Below, in pieces: positions 39,219 to 48,940 of a stretch of DNA of 64,000 bases (position 1 is the first letter of the stretch; each line of letters opens with the position of its first letter). This DNA comes from Rubripirellula sp. (GTDB lineage: Bacteria; Planctomycetota; Planctomycetia; Pirellulales; Pirellulaceae): the NCBI GenBank assembly GCA_965216875.1, contig OZ244207.1, forward strand, positions 2,496,001 through 2,560,000. The letters are read 5' to 3'. The translations under genes were made by a program, and so were the position numbers. A model generated the notes under the pieces. The model did not search any database. It was not told where the DNA came from and saw nothing but the letters and a program-made list of their open reading frames with translations.

Positions 39219-40529
39219 ATGGCTGTCCCACATTGGTCCATAGAAGTCCTCCGCCGCGGCATCAGCGACGCAGCTCGGAAGGCCAGCGACCCTCAGACCC
39301 TTGCAAAGCTGAAGACCCAAGCCACCGAGTTGTTGCAAGAGATCCCTGACACAGCGGCACGCGGGATCGACACAGTGATGCGCAGCGCCGAGTCGGGCAA
39401 GAACGCTGTCCAGCGCTGGTCGCGAAAACACACCACGCTTGCCGTTCCCGCTTTGAACGCGAGCGGTGTCCTACTGGGCGAGGGAGGCATGGGTCTTCCC
39501 GTGGCTGATCAGATCGTCGAGATTGGGTGCGAGTTTTTGCATGGAGACGTGCTGGTCAACCAAGACATCGACGATCGAATCGCCAAACGCCTTGCCAAAC
39601 GCATTCCCGGTGGCGACCAAGTCGACATCGCGATCGCATCAAGTTTTCCTGCGGCCCTGTCGGCCTTTTCGTCGCTCGTCGAGTCGACTCCCTTGGTCAT
39701 TCATCGAAATCATGCCGTGCGTTTGCCAAATGGGTTGCCGCTGCCTGAGGCCTTTGGAACGTACTTGCCAGTGATTCAGGAAGTGGGTGCCGTCGGTCAT
39801 GTCGCTGCGACCGACTTTGATGGGCTTGATGAGTTCTGCGCTGTCCTCGCCGATGGTGGCTCGCGCGAAGTCGAACTACTCGAGCTTCCGGACCGCGAGT
39901 TCCTGCAGGCGGTCGTGCTGCCAGTGGGAACGGTCTCACAATCCTGCGTCGACGCGATTCCCTCAGCCGAAGCATTGATCTCGAAGGGAGCCGATTTTGT
40001 GATCCTGCCTGGTCGCGGAATCCTTGGTGGGCCAGATTGTGGCTTGGTGGTCGGTTCCAAAGAAGGCATCGCTCAGATCAAGTCGGCCGCCACTTGGCCG
40101 TCCCTTTCGGCAAGCGCTGCAACCACGGCGATGATGACCGTCGCACTCGAACTCGCGGGCGACTCAAGCACCAATCCTTGCCTTGGACTGATTGCGGCCA
40201 GCGAAGAGAACCTTCGTAGTCGCGCCGAACGAATGGCAACGCGTTTGACCGGCAGCGATTCGATTGCCAGCTGCCAGGTGACCGCCGATGATGCGCGCAT
40301 CACTCCGGATGGTCGCTGGCGGTTCCCGTCACGCCAACTACGAATTCGCCACGCCAACCAATCGGCGTCAGATTGGACCGAGAAACTGCAGGCAGACTAC
40401 CCCGCAGTCATGGCGGTTACCGATGGCGACGATCTGAAAATCGACCTCCGCTGGATCGCTGCCGCCGATGATGGCCGGTTGGCAACCGCGCTCGGATCAC
40501 CAAAGGCCGAGCCCGAATCGGACGCATAG
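39219..40529 (+). CDS. SelA-like (selenocysteine synthase fold) protein lacking the PLP lysine
   Basis: LNASGV, QEVGA, PSAEALISKGADFVILPGRGILGGPDCGLVVG and IDLR align with SelA INATGV, EVGTTN, GADLVxFSGDKLLGGPQAG and LDLR. Confidence 0.78.
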   Translation: MAVPHWSIEVLRRGISDAARKASDPQTLAKLKTQATELLQEIPDTAARGIDTVMRSAESGKNAVQRWSRKHTTLAVPALNASGVLLGEGGMGLPVADQIVEIGCEFLHGDVLVNQDIDDRIAKRLAKRIPGGDQVDIAIASSFPAALSAFSSLVESTPLVIHRNHAVRLPNGLPLPEAFGTYLPVIQEVGAVGHVAATDFDGLDEFCAVLADGGSREVELLELPDREFLQAVVLPVGTVSQSCVDAIPSAEALISKGADFVILPGRGILGGPDCGLVVGSKEGIAQIKSAATWPSLSASAATTAMMTVALELAGDSSTNPCLGLIAASEENLRSRAERMATRLTGSDSIASCQVTADDARITPDGRWRFPSRQLRIRHANQSASDWTEKLQADYPAVMAVTDGDDLKIDLRWIAAADDGRLATALGSPKAEPESDA

Positions 40530-40532
40530 GAT

Positions 40533-40627
40533 GTAGGGTGTGTGCTTGCACGCACCACTGCTCGATTACTGCCTGGTCGCATAGGAACCGCATGGAAAGT
40601 GTCGGTGCGTGCAAGCACACACCCTAC
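40533..40627. repeat. Perfect 24-bp inverted REP pair GTAGGGTGTGTGCTTGCACGCACC (family F; REPIN-like doublet)
   Basis: 40533-40556 and 40604-40627 are exact reverse complements. Confidence 0.92.
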
Positions 40628-40743
40628 GCCTACGCCGATTCTGGTAAACCTTGACGGTTGGGCTAATTATTCGGGCGTGAACCGACGATGCAAAACGATG
40701 TGCGTTACACCCATGTTGTTTCACGTCATTCTTCAGTCGAACC

Positions 40744-41697
40744 ATGCCCAGAAAAGAACCACAGGATGTGCGTCGCTACGTCGACATGTGGGCCTTGCCC
40801 GGGATCCATCCCAGCAACGTTGAATTGCTTCAAAAGCTGAAGACGGCCGACACCAACCACTTCACGACCCACATGGACACGGTCGGCACCGTCTCGACCC
40901 AGGACCAGGATTCGGGCAAGTGGGAAAAGACGCACCTGATTGGCGTCCGCACCGATATTTGGAAGCCCGATGCCGAAGAGATGGCCGATGCGCTTGACGC
41001 GATGCAGCACAAGCGACGCAAAGAGCTCAAACAAACGATCAAGAAGACCGGCAAGCTGAATCGCAAGCAGGAGAAACTGCTCGAAAACCAGCTCGAGGAC
41101 GACGACATCATGAAGATGCAGTCAGGCGAGATCGAGAAACGCCGCCTGGTGCTCAAACTCTTCAAAACGACTGGAACCCGTGTGCGTTGGTGCGGCACGA
41201 TCGAGCAAGTCACCACGACCGAAGTCCACAATTCGATCGGTTCCAAACGAAGTCTCTTGACGATGGTCGTGATGCTGCCTGGCAGCGACTTCGTGACCTA
41301 TATCCAACAGAATCATCGGACCTTTCGCATCCCGTCGGTCTTTACCTTTGGGTACTACGACGACGGACGCATGCACCATTTGATGCTAAAGCGTCGCTGG
41401 GTCTCGATCGGTGCCGATTTCGACGTCGAATGCGATGGGGAGAACATCGGCGAACTCGACGGACGCCTTTTTTCGTTCGGCTCTGACAGCTACATCGACC
41501 TCGACGCCCATCCGCTGACGGCCGACACGCAATTCGTCGATCTCGTGACGCTCTTTACCGCCACCTCGGGGTACCACCGAGCGATGCGACGCAGCGTCAA
41601 ACGCCGCGTCGAAGCGGCTCTTTCTGGGCAATCACATCGCCACATCATCGAAGACGAAGAATTGCGTCTCCGGCATAACGGCCGCGCCGCAGCCTAG
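40744..41697 (+). CDS. Hypothetical protein with LURP-one/Tubby-C-like C-terminal region
   Basis: 317-aa ORF; LKRRWVSIGADFDV..GENIGELDGRLFSFG resembles LOR/scramblase strands (by eye). Confidence 0.65.
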   Translation: MPRKEPQDVRRYVDMWALPGIHPSNVELLQKLKTADTNHFTTHMDTVGTVSTQDQDSGKWEKTHLIGVRTDIWKPDAEEMADALDAMQHKRRKELKQTIKKTGKLNRKQEKLLENQLEDDDIMKMQSGEIEKRRLVLKLFKTTGTRVRWCGTIEQVTTTEVHNSIGSKRSLLTMVVMLPGSDFVTYIQQNHRTFRIPSVFTFGYYDDGRMHHLMLKRRWVSIGADFDVECDGENIGELDGRLFSFGSDSYIDLDAHPLTADTQFVDLVTLFTATSGYHRAMRRSVKRRVEAALSGQSHRHIIEDEELRLRHNGRAAA

Positions 41698-41703
41698 GCC
41701 CTT

Positions 41704-42176
41704 ATCGGTCCCCAGAAGAAGATGGACATGAAAATGGGGGACAAAAAGATGGGGGATGGCACGAACGCGTAGTGAGATGATCGGCAAAAAGATTGGTGGC
41801 AGAAAAATGAGGGATGTCTGCTTGTCCCCAACCTTCCCCAATCGGTTCCCAGAAGATGGACAGAAAAATGGGGGACAAAAGATGAGGGATGGCACGAATG
41901 CGTAGTGAGATGATCGGCAAAAAGATTGGTGGCAGAAAAATGAGGGATGTCTGCTTGGCTTCATAGTGCCAGAACCGATCAGCACCCTTTTTCTGCCCTC
42001 CATCTTTCTGCCTCATCTTCCCCAGACAAACAAACCGCCCTGGGGACAGAGCACCAGCCGGAATTGGTCCAACCATTTTTCTGCCCCTCCATTTTTCTGT
42101 CTCATCTTCCCCCGACTCCTGCAAACCGCGTGGAGAAAACAATCCGCGCGGGCAATCCGCGCGGGGACAGAGCACC
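41704..42176. repeat. Two tandem duplications built from GGCAGAAAAAT / ATTTTTCTGCC-type units (family L)
   Basis: ~135-bp unit at 41704-41824 and 41841-41957; opposite-orientation units at about 41987 and 42076, each followed by ggggacagagcacc. Confidence 0.85.
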
Positions 42177-42330
42177 GACGCGATACGGCTGTGGAGCTAG
42201 GTTTTCCCTTGTGCCGTTTGCGTCGCGTTTTGCTTGCGGCCCACCTACTCATTTTGCCCGAGATGGGACATAATCCTCGGTTTTTCCCAGCTTTGCTGGG
42301 CGATGTCGACTCTGCACCGGATCGCGACGC

Positions 42331-43815
42331 ATGACTGACCAGAAAATCGGGGACTTGGGCGTCACCTTTGACGACGTCTTGCTTCAGCCGCGTTACAGCG
42401 AGGTTGTTCCAAGTGAGGTGGACGTCTCTAGCCGCCTGACCGATCGCATTACTCTGCAAATCCCGCTGATTTCGAGCCCGATGGACACGGTGACGGAATC
42501 AGAAATGGCGATCGCCCTGGCCAAAGAAGGTGGTCTGGGGATTGTCCACAAGAACTTGTCGGTCAAGAGCCAGACCGAGCAGGTCCTGAAGGTCAAACGC
42601 TCAGCCAACGGCATCATCGTCGATCCAGTGACGCTGCCCCCGGATGAACGCGTCGGCCGAGCTGCCGAGTTGATGGACCAAGCCAACGTCTCGGGGATCC
42701 CGATCGTCAACCAGGACCACACCCTCGCTGGAATCCTCACGCGACGCGACCTGCGATTCCTAGAAGACCCAAACCTCCCAATTTCCAACGTGATGACGCG
42801 TGAGAACTTGGTGACGGCTGTAGGGACTGTAACGCTTGAGGAAGCTGAGCGGATTTTAACGGCAAAAAGGGTCGAGAAACTTTTGCTGGTTGACGAAAAT
42901 AGAAAACTAACGGGACTGATCACGATCCGTGACATCGACATGATGAAGCGGTTCCCCCGTGCTTGCAAAGATCCGCAGGGAAGATTGCGGGTCGGAGCGG
43001 CGATTGGCGTCGGCGATTTTGAGCGAGCCGAAAGCCTGATCGGCCAAGGCGTCGATCTGCTGGTCGTCGACTCGGCACACGGGCACAGCAAGAACGTGAT
43101 CGAGACCGTTCGAGAGATAAAACAACAAAGAAACTGGGACATCGATGTCATCGCCGGGAATGTGGCGACGGCTGATGGAGCACGCGACTTGATCGAAGCG
43201 GGGGCTGACGCGGTCAAGGTCGGAATCGGGCCAGGCTCGATTTGCACGACACGCGTGATCAGCGGGATCGGTGTTCCGCAGGTAACGGCGATCCTCGAAG
43301 CGGTCTCTGTTGCTGAACAACGAAACATACCTGTGATCGCTGACGGTGGAATCCGTTTCAGCGGTGACATAACCAAGGCTCTCGCAGCCGGTGCAAGTAC
43401 GGTGATGATTGGCAGCCTCTTCGCAGGCCTGACCGAAAGTCCCGGAAAGCTGATCCTTTACCAAGGACGGACGTTCAAGTCCTACCGCGGCATGGGATCG
43501 ATGGGTGCGATGGTCAAGGGAAGTAGCGATCGGTACCGGCAAAAAGATGCCTCAGCGGACAAGCTTGTTCCTGAAGGTGTCGAAGGTCGTGTGCCGTTTA
43601 AAGGTCCGCTCGGCGACTACGTCTATCAGTTGGTAGGCGGTCTCAGGGCAGGCATGGGCTACGTGGGTACAAGGACGATCGAGGAACTGCGACGTGATGC
43701 GAAATTCATTCGCGTCTCGGCTGCAACGGTTAGGGAGAACCACCCGCATGACATTGCGATCACTCAAGAAGCGCCGAACTACAGCCCGGATGTTCAAACG
43801 GGGGACTCTGTTTAG
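42331..43815 (+). CDS. guaB: IMP dehydrogenase
   Basis: [19 protein letters not shown] pair, [32 protein letters not shown]. Confidence 0.97.
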   Translation: MTDQKIGDLGVTFDDVLLQPRYSEVVPSEVDVSSRLTDRITLQIPLISSPMDTVTESEMAIALAKEGGLGIVHKNLSVKSQTEQVLKVKRSANGIIVDPVTLPPDERVGRAAELMDQANVSGIPIVNQDHTLAGILTRRDLRFLEDPNLPISNVMTRENLVTAVGTVTLEEAERILTAKRVEKLLLVDENRKLTGLITIRDIDMMKRFPRACKDPQGRLRVGAAIGVGDFERAESLIGQGVDLLVVDSAHGHSKNVIETVREIKQQRNWDIDVIAGNVATADGARDLIEAGADAVKVGIGPGSICTTRVISGIGVPQVTAILEAVSVAEQRNIPVIADGGIRFSGDITKALAAGASTVMIGSLFAGLTESPGKLILYQGRTFKSYRGMGSMGAMVKGSSDRYRQKDASADKLVPEGVEGRVPFKGPLGDYVYQLVGGLRAGMGYVGTRTIEELRRDAKFIRVSAATVRENHPHDIAITQEAPNYSPDVQTGDSV

Positions 43816-45364
43816 TTTGGTCCTTTGTGGCACCGGCTTGATGACTCTTTCGGCCGGCGCCCAATCGCCATATTCCACTCAGTCCAACCAGGCGCAGCAG
43901 TACTCTCGCCAACGCGCGACTGCTGCTCACTATCAACCCGCTGGACAATTGCGTCCTGTGCCGAGCATGGGCTCGCGGCACGTTGCCCCCAAACCAGCTC
44001 ACAATCCAACCCACAGCGGTTGGAACTTGAAATGGGGGCGTCCCGCCAAGCAGGTCGTCTCTGCTCCTGAGCCTGTCAGCCGTCGTCCGCTGCCTCAGCA
44101 ACCAAATGAAATCGCTCGGGTCTCGCACAGCGAACCGATTCGCGTTGCCGAACCGCAGGCTGTTCAACCGGCGGCATGGATTCAACCTCAGACCGGCACG
44201 CTCGAGTTGCCAGCTGACTTGAACGCTTCCCCTGCGGCGGCTGAACCGAATGGAGGTTTCTTTAACCCATCGAATCCGTTTGGGAATCCTCAAGCCGCTG
44301 CGCAAAATGCACCAGCCGAGCAGCTCGAAGCACCCGCGATCCAACCGGCTCAAACCGATCAGCTGGGCAACCAACTTCGCGACGAAGCGAACACCTTTGA
44401 CCTTCCGGCACCGAATCAAGAAACGGAAGTCTTGCCCGAACCGGCTCCTTCCCAACCTGAACCGGCTCAAACGGTCGAAGAAGGACCCGAGAATGCCGAC
44501 AGCAATCGCTCGCTTCGCGATTTGCTTCAACAAGAATCGCCCTCGGACAACCTTGGCGGCGATCCCGAAGTCATGCGTCCGGAAACCGGCGACGAATTTG
44601 GTAACCCGTTTGACACGCTTCGACCTGGTGCTGGCGATGACGCCACAGGGCCAGGCGAACGCAAGACGCCCTACAAGACTCGATCGATCACCTGCGAAGA
44701 CTTTCGCGAGCGAATTGCACGTGACAAGATCACGATGCTTTCCCTCGACCCAAGTCCACCGTTTCGCCCCGACGTGATTGACGAAGCAGAATTCGAAAAA
44801 CTCAAAGGCGAGTTCGATGATCGCCAAGTGATTCGGACCTGGCGCAACCCCGAAGGCCGAGAGCTTGCCAGTGGACGGCTTCGCGATCTTGCCTACGAAC
44901 GTGTGCTGGTCGAGACCGAATATGGCTCCATCGAAGAACTACCGATGGACTCGCTAAGTGAGGCCGATCTGGAATACTTGTCATCCAACTGGGGTCTGCC
45001 CAAGCAGTGCTTGCTCGAACAGGTTGCGTTCCAACCGCGCAACTGGGCGGCAACCACCATGACTTGGAAGGCATCCGACCTTTGCCACAAGCCGTTGTAC
45101 TTTGAACAGGTCAACTTGGAACGTTACGGTCACACCGCTGGCCCCGTTTTGCAACCTGCGGTTTCGTCGGCACACTTCTTTCTTAGTGTGATCGTCCTAC
45201 CGTACAAGATGGGCGTGCACACACCGGTTGAGTGCCAATACGCACTCGGCTACTACCGACCGGGTGACTGTGCACCATGGATTGTTCCACCTGTGCCAAT
45301 CAGCTTGCGTGGCGGTCTTTCGCAGGCCGCGGCCACAACCGGTTTGTTCTGGCTGGTGCCGTAG
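43790..45364 (+). CDS. Secreted planctomycete-type protein: Pro/Gln-rich linker, SHD1-like segment and Cys-containing C-terminal domain
   Basis: Signal peptide from ATG 43790 (overlaps guaB end); RTWRN..G....G...[52 protein letters not shown]. Confidence 0.75.
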   Translation: MFKRGTLFSLVLCGTGLMTLSAGAQSPYSTQSNQAQQYSRQRATAAHYQPAGQLRPVPSMGSRHVAPKPAHNPTHSGWNLKWGRPAKQVVSAPEPVSRRPLPQQPNEIARVSHSEPIRVAEPQAVQPAAWIQPQTGTLELPADLNASPAAAEPNGGFFNPSNPFGNPQAAAQNAPAEQLEAPAIQPAQTDQLGNQLRDEANTFDLPAPNQETEVLPEPAPSQPEPAQTVEEGPENADSNRSLRDLLQQESPSDNLGGDPEVMRPETGDEFGNPFDTLRPGAGDDATGPGERKTPYKTRSITCEDFRERIARDKITMLSLDPSPPFRPDVIDEAEFEKLKGEFDDRQVIRTWRNPEGRELASGRLRDLAYERVLVETEYGSIEELPMDSLSEADLEYLSSNWGLPKQCLLEQVAFQPRNWAATTMTWKASDLCHKPLYFEQVNLERYGHTAGPVLQPAVSSAHFFLSVIVLPYKMGVHTPVECQYALGYYRPGDCAPWIVPPVPISLRGGLSQAAATTGLFWLVP

Positions 45365-45440
45365 GGCGAGCTTGATCGCCGGTCAGTAGCGCCGCGGATT
45401 GGAGTTGCTGTGCCCTGAGGTGAATTGCTTGCCCCGGTTA

Positions 45441-45585
45441 ACGCGTGCTCCAAAAATCACCCTCCCGCTTGCGGGAGGGTCGGACGCAAAGTCCGGGGAG
45501 GGCACGCTCTCTGCAAGTAACCAACCCTCTCCGGGCCTTAGAGCCCGACTCTCCCAAGGGTGAGTGTTGAAATGTGCAGTTTCGA
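45441..45585. repeat. Family G palindromic element (inverted copy of 30790-30922)
   Basis: tcaccctcccgcttgcgggagggtcggacgcaaagtccggggaggg ... ccctctccgggccttagagcccgactctcccaaggg. Confidence 0.85.
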
Positions 45586-45635
45586 ACTGCCTAGTGGAAA
45601 GGCAATAACAACCTGAAACACTTGCGCCGCGCCGC

Positions 45636-46823
45636 TCACGATGCGTCACCACCGTAGAACTCTTCGGCAATGCGTTGAAGATGAAAGCTCAGCCATGGCT
45701 GGCAGGTATAGACACCGTGACCAGCCAATTTGCGGTTGAGATGTTTGGGGTCGTCGGGATAGTCGACCAACAGGGTCTTGCCTTCTTTGGCGATACGATT
45801 GCCGAACCAATAGTTCCGCTTGAACTTCAAGGGACTGATGCGTGGTTCAAAAAGCCGGCGCAGCCAACGTTCTGATCGGCGACTTGGTAGCGCAAGGAGC
45901 GGATGTGGGAAATCGGTTCCGTTGATCCCGACATGCTGAACGTAATCGCCAGCATCCGCCTGCAGTACTTCGCAAGCTTGTCGTGGAATCACCGCCGCGG
46001 TCGGCCGCTCTTGATCGACAGTTCGATGTTGCACCACGTGCAGCAGCTTACTGACGACGCGACGGTTCCAGCCATAACGTAGCGGCGTTCCCATGGTCAC
46101 GACATCGATCCTGGGAAGCCGCCGTGTCCGATCGGGGTCTTCCAACGCCGCTTCCACTCGCTGCCACATCGCACGCTGTTCGCTATGAAAGTGCGGCCGC
46201 ATCGCTCGACAGAAAATACGCTTGCCAACCGGCCCTGCGCCGAGCATCGACGTGACCATGGCGATGACGTTGCCGCCATGGCTGTGAGCCATTAGCAACA
46301 AGCGTTCATCAGGCGTCCATTCGCTCTGAAAGAACTGGTCGAGCAAAATCACTGCCGCATGCGCTCGCCCCAGGTGATGATTCTCGCCGGACCAATGAAA
46401 CCGGCCGACTGTGACGGGCGTGCTCTCACTTGGGCTCGCATTGACGATCTGCCCGAGGTTTTCGGCATACTGCTCAGTGAAGTTACCGACTTGCCCAGCC
46501 ACCTGATCAACAACCGACTTGCCGATTTGCCGAAAGACTTCGGCGAGCGATGGCGAAACCCAGCCGATGCGTCGCATCCAGCCCAGGCCGTCGTCGCCCG
46601 CGAAGGTGCCATGCAACAGAAACACGTGGCGAACGTTGGCATTGTGAAAACGCTTCGAGATCTCGGTGGCCATTTCGAGCGGCGTCTCTTGCGCCGCGGC
46701 CTGTGACGAATTCACGAACGCACATTCCCCCTCGTCGGGCTCGGCGCAAAACTCGTGGTGGTCAAAGGGCAACTGTTCCTGCATCGTCGGCGCATTATCT
46801 TCGCCGCCTCCTCGCCACGTCAA
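45636..46823 (-). CDS. Alpha/beta-hydrolase-like protein
   Basis: LLHGTFAG, FHWSGENHH, AHSHGGN, VTMGTP, GHGVY. Start uncertain. Confidence 0.78.
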   Translation of the reverse strand: MTWRGGGEDNAPTMQEQLPFDHHEFCAEPDEGECAFVNSSQAAAQETPLEMATEISKRFHNANVRHVFLLHGTFAGDDGLGWMRRIGWVSPSLAEVFRQIGKSVVDQVAGQVGNFTEQYAENLGQIVNASPSESTPVTVGRFHWSGENHHLGRAHAAVILLDQFFQSEWTPDERLLLMAHSHGGNVIAMVTSMLGAGPVGKRIFCRAMRPHFHSEQRAMWQRVEAALEDPDRTRRLPRIDVVTMGTPLRYGWNRRVVSKLLHVVQHRTVDQERPTAAVIPRQACEVLQADAGDYVQHVGINGTDFPHPLLALPSRRSERWLRRLFEPRISPLKFKRNYWFGNRIAKEGKTLLVDYPDDPKHLNRKLAGHGVYTCQPWLSFHLQRIAEEFYGGDAS

Positions 46824-46885
46824 ATCGTTACACTTGGTAACTCTGTTTTCAGTTTGCCACTCACGTCACACGGTCAGGATTTCCC

Positions 46886-48187
46886 ATGCGTTTGTTCAGC
46901 ACTCTGTTTCTCGTCCTTGGCGTGCTGGTTGGCTCGACAACAGCCGAGCCTAATCCGGACGTTGCGACGTGGCTTGACGCCGAATTGTCGACCTTGCTGG
47001 AAACCTATCAATGGTTACACACGCACCCAGAGCTTTCGTTCCAAGAAGAGGAAACGGCAAAGCACGTTGCAGAGCACTTCCGAAGCGACGGGTTTGAAGT
47101 CTCCGAGAAGGTTGGCGGGCACGGCGTCGTCGGTCTGCTCCGCAATGGCCAGGGACCAACCCTGATGCTCCGCTGCGACTTGGACGCACTTCCCGTGACC
47201 GAGAAGACCCAATTGCCCTACGCGTCGACAAAGACAGTGCAGTTGCCCGGCGGCACATCAACCGGTGTCATGCACGCTTGTGGTCATGACTTACACATGA
47301 CGAATTTGATCGGCACAGCTCGATGCCTCTCGAAACTGCGTAGCCAATGGTCAGGCACACTGATCGTGATCGCTCAACCGGCCGAGGAGCGTGGTGCCGG
47401 CGCGCGGGCCATGCTTGACGATGGTTTGTTCACAAAATTCCCGAAGCCTGACTTTGCCGTCGCACTGCATGTCGCCAGCGACCAGCCGGCCGGTGAGGTC
47501 GCGGTGCTTGCCGGCTACGCCCTCGCCAACGTCGATAGTGTCGACATCACGGTGAAAGGTCGCGGCGGCCATGGCTCAGCGCCCCACACTGCGATTGATC
47601 CGATCGTTCAGGCAGCCGACCTGATCATGTCGCTGCAAACGATCGTCTCTCGTGAAGTCAAACCAATTGAACCGGCAGTCGTGACGGTCGGTTCCATTCA
47701 TGGCGGCACCAAACACAACATCATCAGCAACGAATGCAAGTTGCAAATCACCGTTCGCAGTTACGATGATGGCGTGCGGGCGCAAGTGATCGCTGCAATC
47801 AAACGCAAAGCAGCCGCGGTGGCCACCAGCCACAACGCTCCCGCGCCTGATGTTTCGGTGAGCGAAGGGACGCCCTCGCTCAAGAACGACGCGAAACTGA
47901 CCGAGCGTCTCGAGAAGGTTTTTCGAACCGCGATCGGCACGGAAAACGTTGTACACGCGGAGCCGTCGATGGGCGGCGAAGATTTCAGTCAGTATGGTCG
48001 CGCTGGCGTGCCAATTTTGATGTATCGCTTAGGAACCATTTCGAAACGGCGATTGCAACGGTTTGACGACCTCGGTGTGCCCGCACCGCCACTCCATAGC
48101 AGTCTGTATTACCCCGATGTCGAACCTTCGCTGCGAAGCGGTGTGCTGACGATGACCGCCGCTGCAATGGAACTGTTGCCAAAGTAG
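46886..48187 (+). CDS. M20D-family amidohydrolase with signal peptide
   Basis: HTHPELSFQE, RCDLDALP, MHACGHD, QPAEE, GGHGSAPH, MGGEDF. Confidence 0.93.
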   Translation: MRLFSTLFLVLGVLVGSTTAEPNPDVATWLDAELSTLLETYQWLHTHPELSFQEEETAKHVAEHFRSDGFEVSEKVGGHGVVGLLRNGQGPTLMLRCDLDALPVTEKTQLPYASTKTVQLPGGTSTGVMHACGHDLHMTNLIGTARCLSKLRSQWSGTLIVIAQPAEERGAGARAMLDDGLFTKFPKPDFAVALHVASDQPAGEVAVLAGYALANVDSVDITVKGRGGHGSAPHTAIDPIVQAADLIMSLQTIVSREVKPIEPAVVTVGSIHGGTKHNIISNECKLQITVRSYDDGVRAQVIAAIKRKAAAVATSHNAPAPDVSVSEGTPSLKNDAKLTERLEKVFRTAIGTENVVHAEPSMGGEDFSQYGRAGVPILMYRLGTISKRRLQRFDDLGVPAPPLHSSLYYPDVEPSLRSGVLTMTAAAMELLPK

Positions 48188-48236
48188 CGGAGCGAGTGCA
48201 ACGTCAGAACAAGGCGTCGGGATCGACGATCAGTTT

Positions 48237-48292
48237 GTAGTACCGAGCTTTGGCCGGAATCTTCACACTCATCCGCCTGAAGGCGGGACTAC
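48237..48292. repeat. GTAGT(A/C)CCG...CCGCCTGAAGGCGGGACTAC REP doublet (family H)
   Basis: Similar copy at 35702-35756. Confidence 0.78.
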
Positions 48293-48398
48293 AAACGGGA
48301 TGATCGAGCTGGTGGCAGCACCTGTGAACCCAAATTCGACACGGCTTGTCTCAGCCTCAAAATAGAAGAGACGAAATCGATACAGACAAAAGGGCCCG

Positions 48399-48686
48399 AT
48401 GAACATGGCCGAAAAAGCTTGCGAACTCTGCGGACGCGTGACGCGCCGAGGGACGACCGAACACCATCTCATCCCGCGCACATGTCACTCGAACAAGTGG
48501 TTCAAGAAACGGTACAGCCGTGAGCAGATGAACGAAACCGTTTCGCTATGTCTCGATTGCCACGGATCGATCCACAAGTTCATTCCGAGTGAAAAAGAAC
48601 TCGGACGCTACTACAACACGCTCGAAGCACTGCGAGAACACGAACAATTGGGAAGGTTCGTCGAATGGGTGAGACGGCGGCGTTAG
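48399..48686 (+). CDS. Small HNH-like zinc-binding protein (YisB-like)
   Basis: CELC, TEHHLIPR, LCLDCHGSIH, ELGRYYNT. Confidence 0.82.
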   Translation: MNMAEKACELCGRVTRRGTTEHHLIPRTCHSNKWFKKRYSREQMNETVSLCLDCHGSIHKFIPSEKELGRYYNTLEALREHEQLGRFVEWVRRRR

Positions 48687-48892
48687 TGCTACGGATTGCA
48701 ATTGCGCTTCCACCAGCAGACATCCTTGCCCAAGCTCACACAACGGAGCCGCGATCGCGTAACCGGCCGGGCCTTGATCGCCTTCACGCTCGCTGCGCGC
48801 CGGCAAGGGCCCGAAGCCTGACGGCCAGCGGCTCACGGGCACTGCCCAAGAAGTTGCTCTGGTGGCACCGAGATCGCAATCCGTAGCACTAG
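48684..48892. mobile_element. About 205-bp MITE with TAGTGCTACGGATTGC...GCAATCCGTAGCACTA terminal inverted repeats
   Basis: 16-bp perfect TIR including TA; related copies at 14711 and about 27018; left TAG is the stop codon of the HNH gene. Confidence 0.82.
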
Positions 48893-48940
48893 GCTTCAAA
48901 TCCGAAGCCCCCACTTGCGTTCCAATCGGCGGCCCAAGAA

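Noticed and set aside
39219..40529. Calling this gene selA and inferring selenoprotein synthesis
   Set aside because: The catalytic Lys is absent, and I found no tRNA-Sec, selB, selD or in-frame UGA candidate in the window.
41702..42459. ORFs 41632-42003, 41702-42175, 41947-42273 and 42013-42459
   Set aside because: They translate the tandem repeat block (repeated IFLPPIFL or FFCP peptides) and show no protein-like features.
42393..44827. Long antisense ORFs (327 aa, 355 aa; likewise 25044-25889, 54591-55583, 58738-59577, 18539-19375)
   Set aside because: They are shadows of well-supported genes on the opposite strand, expected from GC-rich codon bias, and carry no motifs.
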